From a bacterium (lineage in GTDB: Bacteria; UBA8248), in contig OZ253442.1 of assembly GCA_965261085.1 (NCBI GenBank), positions 96,001 to 160,000 of the forward strand: 64,000 bases of DNA, written 5' to 3'. The notes beneath the pieces are model-generated. The model worked only from the letters and a program-made list of their open reading frames with translations. It searched no databases and was not told the DNA's origin. Positions 56,323-64,000 of this stretch are shown here, piece after piece; the first letter of the stretch is position 1; the number at the start of each line of letters is the position of its first letter. The position numbers and the translations under genes were made by a program.

Positions 56323-57540
56323 CTATAGCGCGCCTGCGAAGGCCTCTCCCGCCAGGAGCCTGCCGAGTTTCAGGCGCGTCGTGTCGTTCAGGCCGTCAAT
56401 GTGGTAGCACATCATCGCGTCGCGCAGGTGCCGCTCGGCCGGATGGGTGTCCATGTAGCCGTTTCCGCCAAAAATGTTCATCGCCTTGATGCAGACCTGG
56501 GGCGCCATCTCGGAGGCGAACAGGGCGCAGCGCATGCCCTCCTTGTGGTCGTATTCGCCCTCAGCCGCCGTATCCGCATGCCAGGCCGCGCGCCAGACAG
56601 CGTCTCGCGCGACGGTGATGTTCACGTACATGTCGGCGAGAATCTCACGAATCCGCGCGTGCTCGATGATGGGCTTTCCGCCCTGGACGCGCTCCCTCGC
56701 GTAGGTCATGGCGTCTTCAAAAGCGGCCCGCGCGATGCCGACGCCGAAAGTCGCCGTGGTGGGCGAATGACGCGAGAAGACGCGGGCCATATAGGGAAGC
56801 CCCCCGTCCACCTCGCTAAGCCGCCATTTTTCGGGCACTTCGGCGTTTTCGTAGATGAGCTCGGCGTTCATCAAAAGGCGCGCGCCGAGCTTTCCGTGGA
56901 TGGTTCCGCGCCGGAAGCCGGGTATCTCGTCCGTCATGATGAACGCAGTGATCCCCTCGTTGACGGGAACGTTCGGGTTGGTTCTCGCGAGCACGAAATT
57001 GATGTTGCTCATCGCCGCGCAGGCGATGAAGTGCTTCTTACCGTTCAGTATCCAGGTATCGCCTTGTTTTACGGCGGATAGCCGCGCTCCCCCGTCGATG
57101 TTCGTGGCGGGCATGATGTTGTCCGTACCCGCCTGGGGTTCCGTCAGGCCGATGGCCATGGTGGAGGTGTCCACGTCCATGTAACGGGGCAGAAATTCCG
57201 CCAACTGCTCTTCGGTTGTGAAGTGGCAGAGCATCTTGGCGAGCTTCCAGTTCTGGTGGATGACGGAGGCGAAGCCCGCCTCGCCCTGAAAAAGCTCCTC
57301 CAGCAAGACCACGTGCGCGAAAATGCCCAAGCCCTCCCCGCCCATTTCCTTGGGCGTCGTGAGCGTCCTGATGCCCGCCGCGGAGGCCTTCTTCAAGGCT
57401 TCCACTGGAAAGGGATGCGCCGGATCGACACCGTTTTGGCGATCCCACTCGGCCGCATAGGGCTTCAACTCGTTTTTGGAGAATTCAGCGATTTTGCTCT
57501 GCCAGCCTTTTAGTTCGTCGTCCAGAATGTAATCCACCAT
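56323..57540 (-). CDS. Acyl-CoA dehydrogenase family protein
   Basis: LTEPQAGTD, LNGKKHFI, RVQGGKPI, IFGGNGY. Confidence 0.9.
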   Translation of the reverse strand: MVDYILDDELKGWQSKIAEFSKNELKPYAAEWDRQNGVDPAHPFPVEALKKASAAGIRTLTTPKEMGGEGLGIFAHVVLLEELFQGEAGFASVIHQNWKLAKMLCHFTTEEQLAEFLPRYMDVDTSTMAIGLTEPQAGTDNIMPATNIDGGARLSAVKQGDTWILNGKKHFIACAAMSNINFVLARTNPNVPVNEGITAFIMTDEIPGFRRGTIHGKLGARLLMNAELIYENAEVPEKWRLSEVDGGLPYMARVFSRHSPTTATFGVGIARAAFEDAMTYARERVQGGKPIIEHARIREILADMYVNITVARDAVWRAAWHADTAAEGEYDHKEGMRCALFASEMAPQVCIKAMNIFGGNGYMDTHPAERHLRDAMMCYHIDGLNDTTRLKLGRLLAGEAFAGAL

Positions 57541-57562
57541 GACGGCTCCCTCGCATGAAGGT

Positions 57563-58537
57563 TCACGAACCTGATTTTCGCTCCGTTTCGTGTTCCAAAG
57601 CGTTGTTTTGTCTATACCAACGAATCAACTCCGAATCCCGCGCCCGCGCCGCCTCCCGGGCCGATTCCTCCGTCCATTTATAAAACCCCTCGCCGCTCTT
57701 GATACCAAGCAGGTTCTTCTCCACCATCTCATCCATCAAAGGCGAGGGCTCGGGGCGGTGATCGAGAGAGGGCTGAATATGCCCATGCACGTCGCGCAAA
57801 ACGTCCATTCCAGAGAAATCGTTGAGCATGCAAAGCCCCAGCGGCGGAAAAAGAGGGGCGATGGCGCGCCACACGGCATCGACATCCTCAGGGCTGGCAT
57901 AGCCTTTCTCCACGATATGAAAGGCCTCGCGCCTGAGCGCCGTCGTGAGCCTCACACCGATGTGCCCAGGCACTTCGCGGCACACGATGGGTTTCTTGCC
58001 CGATTTTTCCAACAGCGCGCACGTGATTCGCGTCGTCTCCTCGCTCGTTTGGCGACCGGGGGAAACCTCCACGACGGGGATCAGATGCGGCGGGGTGTAA
58101 TTGTGCGTGACGATACAGCGCTCGGGATGCTTCGTTCGCGCGGAAATATCCGTCATCCCCAGGCCCGAGGTCTCGCTCGCCAGGATCACGTCCGGCGGGG
58201 ATATTTCATCTATTTTTTCGAAAACTTCCTGTTTGAGTGATAAATTCTCACTCACCGCTTCCACCACGAAATCACCGCCCCGCACGGCTTCGTGAAAATC
58301 CTGCGTCGAGTCGATGCGCTCTAAAATATCGCGCGCCTCCCCTGCGCCCAACACATCCGCATCAATAAGTATATCGAGGCTTTTTTCGATTTCAGAACGC
58401 GCGCGCGCCGCGCTCTCGGAGCTTCGGTTGTACATGAGAACGCGAAAATTCGCCTGAGCGAACTGCAACGCCACGCCCCGGCCCACATATCCACCCCCGA
58501 TGACCGCGATGTTTTGAATATCGCCCGCCTCGCGCAT
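57563..58537 (-). CDS. 3-hydroxyacyl-CoA dehydrogenase family protein
   Basis: GGGYVG, EAVSENL..K, ASETSG, H...PPHLIP.VE, G.KSGEGFY. Confidence 0.88.
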   Translation of the reverse strand: MREAGDIQNIAVIGGGYVGRGVALQFAQANFRVLMYNRSSESAARARSEIEKSLDILIDADVLGAGEARDILERIDSTQDFHEAVRGGDFVVEAVSENLSLKQEVFEKIDEISPPDVILASETSGLGMTDISARTKHPERCIVTHNYTPPHLIPVVEVSPGRQTSEETTRITCALLEKSGKKPIVCREVPGHIGVRLTTALRREAFHIVEKGYASPEDVDAVWRAIAPLFPPLGLCMLNDFSGMDVLRDVHGHIQPSLDHRPEPSPLMDEMVEKNLLGIKSGEGFYKWTEESAREAARARDSELIRWYRQNNALEHETERKSGS

Positions 58538-58660
58538 AATGGCTCCTGGTATAGAAATGGACTCAAGGTATGAGTCAAGATGTATCATAGACGAGTTCCC
58601 AAAGCCATGAGAGCATCTGGAAGCCTCCTGTTCCAAGTAGCCCGAACCCAAGGGAGTACG

Positions 58661-59761
58661 ATGGCAAAGCGAACGATCACATGTTTCTTGCTCGGTATCG
58701 CCCTGGCCGCCTGTGGCGGCGAGGGGGATTTCTCCTCCACGGGAAACATGAATACCCCCCGTCATGGGCACACGGCCACAAAACTCGAGTCAGGTGAAAT
58801 ACTCATCACCGGCGGACTCACCAAAACTTCTCCGCTCGATGATTTCGAGATATACGATCCGGTCCAGGGAATCTTCAAACCCTACAAGATTCAAGGCTTG
58901 CAGGCCCGGGGGTGGCATAAGGCCATCCTGCTGAAAGGAGGAGTGCTGATTTCCGGGGGCTGGACGAATGGCGGCAAAGCGCTCAGAGACGCTTTTCTCA
59001 CACAACCCGGCGCGGGGCTTCGCGCACGCGCCATGATGAAATACGGCCGTTATGATCATACGGTGACAAAGCTGCCTACCGGAGACATACTCATCGCAGG
59101 CGGCAACGATGGAAAACGCGCCATCCCCCACTTGGAAATATATGCGCCCGACAAAAAGCGTTTCATGCCTGCGCGAAGGCCCATGCTCATGGCGCGCCAG
59201 CAGCACAGCGCCACCATGTTGCACGGAGGCGCCGTGCTGATCCTCGGCGGCGCGGAAGGAAAAGGGGCACGATACGCGGAGCTGTACCTGCCTACTCAAG
59301 GAAGAACACGCCTGGTTCGAAGCCTGACGACACAAAGGAGCCGCCATAGCGCCACACGACTGAAGGATGGGGAGGTCCTCATTGCAGGCGGCCTGGGCAA
59401 AGATAAAACGCTCGATAGCGCTGAAATCTTCGACCCGGCGACGGGAAAATTCATCCCGTTAAAAAACAAACTGCACGCCAAGCGCCAGCAGCATACCGCC
59501 ACATTACTCTCGGACGGCAGAGTCGTTCTCATCGGCGGCTGGGGTGGCGAGGGGCGGACCCTGGCCAGCGCGGAAGTGTTCGAGCCCGAAAAAAGATGTT
59601 TCTGGCTGCTGGGAGTCGAGATGAAGTTTCCCAGACGCCTTCATTCGGCCACTTCACTGGGAGGAGGGCGGGTTCTCATCGCTGGGGGCGCATCTGACAG
59701 CGAAGTTCTGAAATCAGCGGAAATTCTCACCATCACGCGCGAAGGAAAAAGCGGATGCTGA
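58661..59761 (+). CDS. Kelch-repeat lipoprotein
   Basis: LAAC lipobox; repeats of R..H.AT.L..G.VLI.GG...AE.(Y/F)DP. Confidence 0.88.
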   Translation: MAKRTITCFLLGIALAACGGEGDFSSTGNMNTPRHGHTATKLESGEILITGGLTKTSPLDDFEIYDPVQGIFKPYKIQGLQARGWHKAILLKGGVLISGGWTNGGKALRDAFLTQPGAGLRARAMMKYGRYDHTVTKLPTGDILIAGGNDGKRAIPHLEIYAPDKKRFMPARRPMLMARQQHSATMLHGGAVLILGGAEGKGARYAELYLPTQGRTRLVRSLTTQRSRHSATRLKDGEVLIAGGLGKDKTLDSAEIFDPATGKFIPLKNKLHAKRQQHTATLLSDGRVVLIGGWGGEGRTLASAEVFEPEKRCFWLLGVEMKFPRRLHSATSLGGGRVLIAGGASDSEVLKSAEILTITREGKSGC

Positions 59762-59823
59762 GCTTTCAAGATATCCCGATAAAACTGGGCAATCATAAAA
59801 CCTGACCAAACGAGGATAATCAC

Positions 59824-61029
59824 ATGTCTTTGAAACACGTACGCCGCCGGGACAATCAGCAATGGATACTGGATTACATCGCCAAAACGGCAGGAATGGT
59901 CCAAAACCTTGAAGACGATAAGTTCGAGCTTCCCAAGGGCGTCAAGAACTACAAGATGATCAGCAAGCTCCAGGGCGAGGACGCGGAACACAAAGAAAAA
60001 ATCGCGCAGGCGGCGGAAGAGGCCGGCATGCGGGAAACAGCGCTTGAACTCTACATCCAGGCGACTGAATCATACCGCAAAGGACAACACGTCATCTTTG
60101 AAGATGACCACCCGCAGAAGATCAAACTTCACGCCGGATTGATCCGCTGCTATGACCGGGCGATTGCCTTGGCCGATTATCCAGTTGAGCGCATCGAGGT
60201 TCCTTTCGAGGGCCAGGAGATTCAAATTATTCTTCATCTCCTGCCGGAGAAGAGAAAAGCTCCCTGCATCATCTATATTCCCGGCATGGACCAGACAAAA
60301 GAATTCTATCCCTACATCCTGCAGAACGACATGATTCGGCGAGGTATGCACGCATGCGCCATCGACGGTCCCGGGCAGGGCATCTCCAACATGCGCAAAA
60401 TTCGCGTAACCGAAAACAATTATGAACGCGCCATTTCGGCGGTGATTGATTATCTGGTGACTCGCGAGGAAATAGATGCGGATAAAATCGGCGTATTCGG
60501 CATCAGCATGGGTTCTTATTGGGCGCCGATCGCCGCATCGATAGATGAGAGAATCAGGGCTTGCGCGGGAGGCAGCGCCACCTTTTCGGACAAACACGTC
60601 ATCTTCGGCGAAGCGTCTCCTCGCTTCAAACAGATATTCATGTACATGGCCGGATACACCGACGAAGATGCATTTGATGAAATGGCCGGGAAAATGACGC
60701 TTAAAGGCTGCGGTGAGAAAATCACCTGCCCAACGCTATTGGCCACCGGGGAATTCGACCCGCTGAGCCATTTGGAAGATGCTTTCCGCTTTTTCGACGA
60801 GATCACAGCCCCCAAGGAATTCTGGGTGCTGGAGAACGAGTTCCACAGGGTATGGGGAATGCAGGGACTCGGTGGTCTGGACCTGAACCCTTGGGCCGTG
60901 GATTGGTTAAGAAAAGCATTAAACGGAGAAATTCCCGAGGACCACGACAAGACCGTCTACATCAAACAAAAATCAGGCCGAGGCGCCTTCAGCGACGCTA
61001 TGCCGGATGATCATCCCAAACGATGGTAA
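59824..61029 (+). CDS. Alpha/beta hydrolase (FrsA / 2,6-dihydropseudooxynicotine hydrolase-like)
   Basis: PGMDQTKE, DGPGQG, GISMGSY, GEFDPL. Confidence 0.82.
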   Translation: MSLKHVRRRDNQQWILDYIAKTAGMVQNLEDDKFELPKGVKNYKMISKLQGEDAEHKEKIAQAAEEAGMRETALELYIQATESYRKGQHVIFEDDHPQKIKLHAGLIRCYDRAIALADYPVERIEVPFEGQEIQIILHLLPEKRKAPCIIYIPGMDQTKEFYPYILQNDMIRRGMHACAIDGPGQGISNMRKIRVTENNYERAISAVIDYLVTREEIDADKIGVFGISMGSYWAPIAASIDERIRACAGGSATFSDKHVIFGEASPRFKQIFMYMAGYTDEDAFDEMAGKMTLKGCGEKITCPTLLATGEFDPLSHLEDAFRFFDEITAPKEFWVLENEFHRVWGMQGLGGLDLNPWAVDWLRKALNGEIPEDHDKTVYIKQKSGRGAFSDAMPDDHPKRW

Positions 61030-61044
61030 CAAGCTTGAGAATAA

Positions 61045-61812
61045 TCAAGGAGCCATCGATAGCTGGCTCACGGAAGCGCCGAGCAGCTTCGATATGTTGC
61101 GCGTTACTTCCAATACGGCTTCGATATGCTCCTCCCACCGCTCCTCGTTCATTCGAGATGCGGGGGTAGCCGTGCTGATGGCGCCCACCACCAACCCCCT
61201 CGCGTCGAAAATCGGGGCCCCCACGCCGCACACGTCCTCTCTGAATTCCCCTTTGTTAAGGGCATAACCCCGCACTCTGATCATTTCGAGTTCTTCACGC
61301 ATTTTTGGAGGGTCAACAATGGTGTGAGACGAATAACTTTTTAATTCAGACGCCAGAACACGCTCCACAAGTTCTGGATGATACGCCAGCATCGCCTTGC
61401 CACTGGAGACGCAATACGCAGGAGCCGTTGCCCCTACGTTCATTTGGGTGACCACCGCTTGCGTACTTTCCATCATTTCCAGATAGGTGATTCGATCACC
61501 CTCCAGCACCGTCAAAAGCACATTCTCGTTAATGGCGTCTCTTAATTTCGCCATGTGCGGAATCGCGATTTCCCTTAAATCCATATCCTCGATGGCCCTG
61601 CAACCCAACTCGAAGAGTTTCAAACCCAGGCGAAATTTCCCACTCCCCGGTTCTCTTCTCACGAAACCCAGGGCTTCCATCGTGGAGAGAAAGCGCGAAA
61701 CCGTGCTTTTGGGCATATCGAGTTTCCGCGCGAATTCATTCACGCCAACGGGATTATTCTCCGCCATGAGGGTATCGAATATCTGCGCCGCTTTCATGAG
61801 CGAACGATTCAT
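61045..61812 (-). CDS. IclR family transcriptional regulator
   Basis: HTH PKSTVSRFL.T, SSGKAMLA, RGYA...E, GAPIFD. Confidence 0.92.
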   Translation of the reverse strand: MNRSLMKAAQIFDTLMAENNPVGVNEFARKLDMPKSTVSRFLSTMEALGFVRREPGSGKFRLGLKLFELGCRAIEDMDLREIAIPHMAKLRDAINENVLLTVLEGDRITYLEMMESTQAVVTQMNVGATAPAYCVSSGKAMLAYHPELVERVLASELKSYSSHTIVDPPKMREELEMIRVRGYALNKGEFREDVCGVGAPIFDARGLVVGAISTATPASRMNEERWEEHIEAVLEVTRNISKLLGASVSQLSMAP

Positions 61813-61947
61813 CACAAAACCCCCACGTCACCCGCAAATTCAAGTTTTCGCAACTGCTCGATCATCGCATTCATTCTTGTTAAACCCATGCTTTTTGAAA
61901 CACATTCCAAAAGAATTGAGCAGTATTGCGAAGCGATTCCAACTTTG

Positions 61948-62018
61948 TTGACTTCTCAATCCAAATCCATTATCTTGAATAAAACCAAAATATGCAACAT
62001 AGTTCCATTATTTAGAAC
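61948..62018 (+). promoter_or_regulatory. Sigma70 promoter and candidate IclR operator
   Basis: TTGACT(61948)-17 bp-TATCTT(61971); downstream GTTC-N9-GAAC at 62002-62018. Confidence 0.55.
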
Positions 62019-62108
62019 AAAATACGCCAAATTCGTTCGTGGATATCAGTCCTTTCTAATTCGAGGTTGGCAGATATTCTGGCGTATCCTCACAAGGCTG
62101 GAGAAAAC

Positions 62109-63200
62109 TTGGCCGTTCAATTTCATTGGGCCTTATGCTCTTTCAATGCAGGCGATGGGCACCAAATCAACCCTGCCGTTCCCGAGCGTCCCGCCAAACT
62201 GGATTATCTGGCTCGGGTCACGCAGGCGGCTGAAGACGCCGGGTGCGTCAACATCCTGGTGCCGACGGGTACGCATTGTCTGGATGCCTGGCAGACCGCA
62301 TCCGCCCTGGCGATGCAAACAAAGAAAATCAAATTTCTGGTCGCCTTTCGCCCCGGTTTGGTTGGTCCGGTCTACGCCGCCCAGCAAGCGAACACGCTCG
62401 ATTACTTCACGAAAGGACGCCTTTCACTCAATGTCGTCTCGGGCGCGAACTCCGCGGATCTGAGACGTTACGGCTACCATGCGCCTCATGATGAAAGATA
62501 CGAGGTGACCGAGGAATTTTTGGACCTGGTACATCAACTTTGGGAGGAAGACGGACCCATCGATTACAAGGGCCGCTTTTTCCATGTGGAAGACGCCCAC
62601 GTCTGGCCGAAGCGTTACTCGGATCCCCATCCGACCATCTTCTTGGCAGGCAGTTCTCCAGGAGGGAAGCGCGTTGCTGCGCGCTTCGGTGACGTTCACG
62701 TCTTTTTCGCCTATGAACCGGAAACGGTGGCGAAAGAAATTCAAGAGGTCAGAAAGCTGGAAGAAGAATTCGAACGGGGAGCTCCTCTCGAATTCGGGGT
62801 GCGCCACTGCGTTTGCGTGCGGGAGACAAGACAAGAGGCAAGGCGTGCCGTGGAGGGCTGGCTGAACGACAGCGACATCGGCAATACCGCCACCTGGGCG
62901 GATTCGGTTCGCCTGAGCGAATCCACGAGCCAATCGCGCATCAACGAAATGGCGTCGAGGGAATCACTTTGGCTCACCGATACCATCTGGATGGGCGTGA
63001 ACAAGGTGCGAGCCGGCGGGGCCACCACGTTCGTGGGCACGCCACAGATGGTGGCGAACCAGTTCCGTGAATACATCGACGCCGGAGTGACTCATTTCAT
63101 CATGCACGGCTGGCCATACCTGGAGGAAGCGCAGATTTTCGGTCGCGAGGTTTTGCCGCTGCTCAAGGATGTGGAGCCGGTGATTTTGGCTGATCCCTGA
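62109..63200 (+). CDS. LLM-class flavin-dependent monooxygenase (SsuD-like)
   Basis: L.PTG..C.DAW, FLVAFRPG, GRLSLNVVSG, HDERY, VGTP..VA, GWPYLEEA; likely TTG start after GGAG. Confidence 0.88.
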   Translation: MAVQFHWALCSFNAGDGHQINPAVPERPAKLDYLARVTQAAEDAGCVNILVPTGTHCLDAWQTASALAMQTKKIKFLVAFRPGLVGPVYAAQQANTLDYFTKGRLSLNVVSGANSADLRRYGYHAPHDERYEVTEEFLDLVHQLWEEDGPIDYKGRFFHVEDAHVWPKRYSDPHPTIFLAGSSPGGKRVAARFGDVHVFFAYEPETVAKEIQEVRKLEEEFERGAPLEFGVRHCVCVRETRQEARRAVEGWLNDSDIGNTATWADSVRLSESTSQSRINEMASRESLWLTDTIWMGVNKVRAGGATTFVGTPQMVANQFREYIDAGVTHFIMHGWPYLEEAQIFGREVLPLLKDVEPVILADP

Positions 63201-63394
63201 GAAGGCAAGCGAGAAACATTCTTTGGCATGTCTTCTTCATGTGGCGACAGAACAAGGAAAATGGGTGGGGTATGGGATGAATAAAACATTCCCCGCGCGA
63301 TGAGCGAATAAATGCGCAACTGGAAAATTGACGCGAGGTTCTCATTTTCGCCGAACCGACGTCAGGCGATGAAAATCCATAAAAGGAGGTTGTA

Positions 63395-64000
63395 ATGCCA
63401 GGCTATCCCGTAAACAGCAATTTGGAATCTACCACCGAGCACTGGAGAATATCGCAGCATTGCTTCTCCGAGGAAATCCGCTCGCAGATGACGCTTCCGG
63501 AGAAGTTTCAGCTTTGCGATATCACCTTGAGGGAAGGCAGGCAGTTGCCCGGCGTGTCCTTGAGGCGGGATGAGGTCATCCGCATCGCCGATGCGCTCGT
63601 CGACGCCGGTGTGAGCATGGTGCAGATGCACCACGACGACCCCCTGGAAATGGAGGAGGTGAAAAAGCGGCATCCGGACCTCATCGTGGAAGCCCTCGTG
63701 CACCCCACCGCTGTCTTAAACCCCGAACTCGCCAAAGTGGAAGTCGACCTGAACGTGGACCACGGCGCGGATTATACGACCCTTTGTTTTTCATTCTCGC
63801 CGAACCAGATGTGCCTGTTCGAATCGATGGCCGGAGACCCGAACATCACCATCGAACAGGCCATCGAGCGCGCTTGCGGCTCCGTGGCCTACGCCCGGAA
63901 GAAATCAGGCCCCGACAGGAAAGTGGGCTGCCTGATTCAGGACTGCACACGCATCCCTATCGAACGGCTGGCTGAAGTATGCGGCAAACTCGTGGACTCG
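63395..64000 (+). CDS. DRE-TIM metallolyase (homocitrate/isopropylmalate synthase or HMGL-like), runs off window end
   Basis: Not in the ORF track; ATG after AAGGAGG translates to ...CDITLREGRQLPGV...IADALVDAGV. Confidence 0.75.
   Translation, partial: MPGYPVNSNLESTTEHWRISQHCFSEEIRSQMTLPEKFQLCDITLREGRQLPGVSLRRDEVIRIADALVDAGVSMVQMHHDDPLEMEEVKKRHPDLIVEALVHPTAVLNPELAKVEVDLNVDHGADYTTLCFSFSPNQMCLFESMAGDPNITIEQAIERACGSVAYARKKSGPDRKVGCLIQDCTRIPIERLAEVCGKLVDS

Noticed and set aside
59750-59790. Kelch gene ends Gly-Cys-TGA, which could be Sec read-through given selC
   Set aside because: There is no redox context, no evident SECIS hairpin, and a TAA follows within a few codons.

Overview
A gene-dense, GC-rich bacterial chromosomal segment made mostly of catabolic operons for small organic compounds: ThDP enzyme, acyl-CoA and hydroxyacyl-CoA dehydrogenases, SDRs, Gfo/Idh/MocA oxidoreductases, M24 hydrolases, a family-5 ABC importer, an LLM monooxygenase, and GntR and IclR regulators. 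It also carries a tRNA-Sec (selC). AT-richer accessory islets interrupt the backbone: an AAA_14 ATPase with a triplicated palindrome, RloA/RloB, an RTX protein, an HD dNTPase-like gene with a YwgA/Panacea-like partner, and a 52-56 kb islet of defence/toxin-antitoxin remnants in which both toxins are broken. Two loci stand out. (1) At 50.6-52.2 kb a minimal RiPP locus: an NHLP-leader precursor (core TQTMQDFANAWNNLNQNS) followed by an unannotated 365-aa protein with features of a PT-barrel prenyltransferase. (2) At 38.5-50.3 kb a partner-switching signalling region (REC, REC-PP2C, RsbW, solute-binding protein, TorS-like kinase, STAS) that also holds an NCS2 permease fused to a degenerate RsbW-like domain, a PLP amino-acid decarboxylase and a soluble double-Cache protein. 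A nested MITE/palindrome composite with a 4-bp target-site duplication lies at 35.7-36.1 kb. All protein family calls come from motif recognition by eye; no database searches were run.
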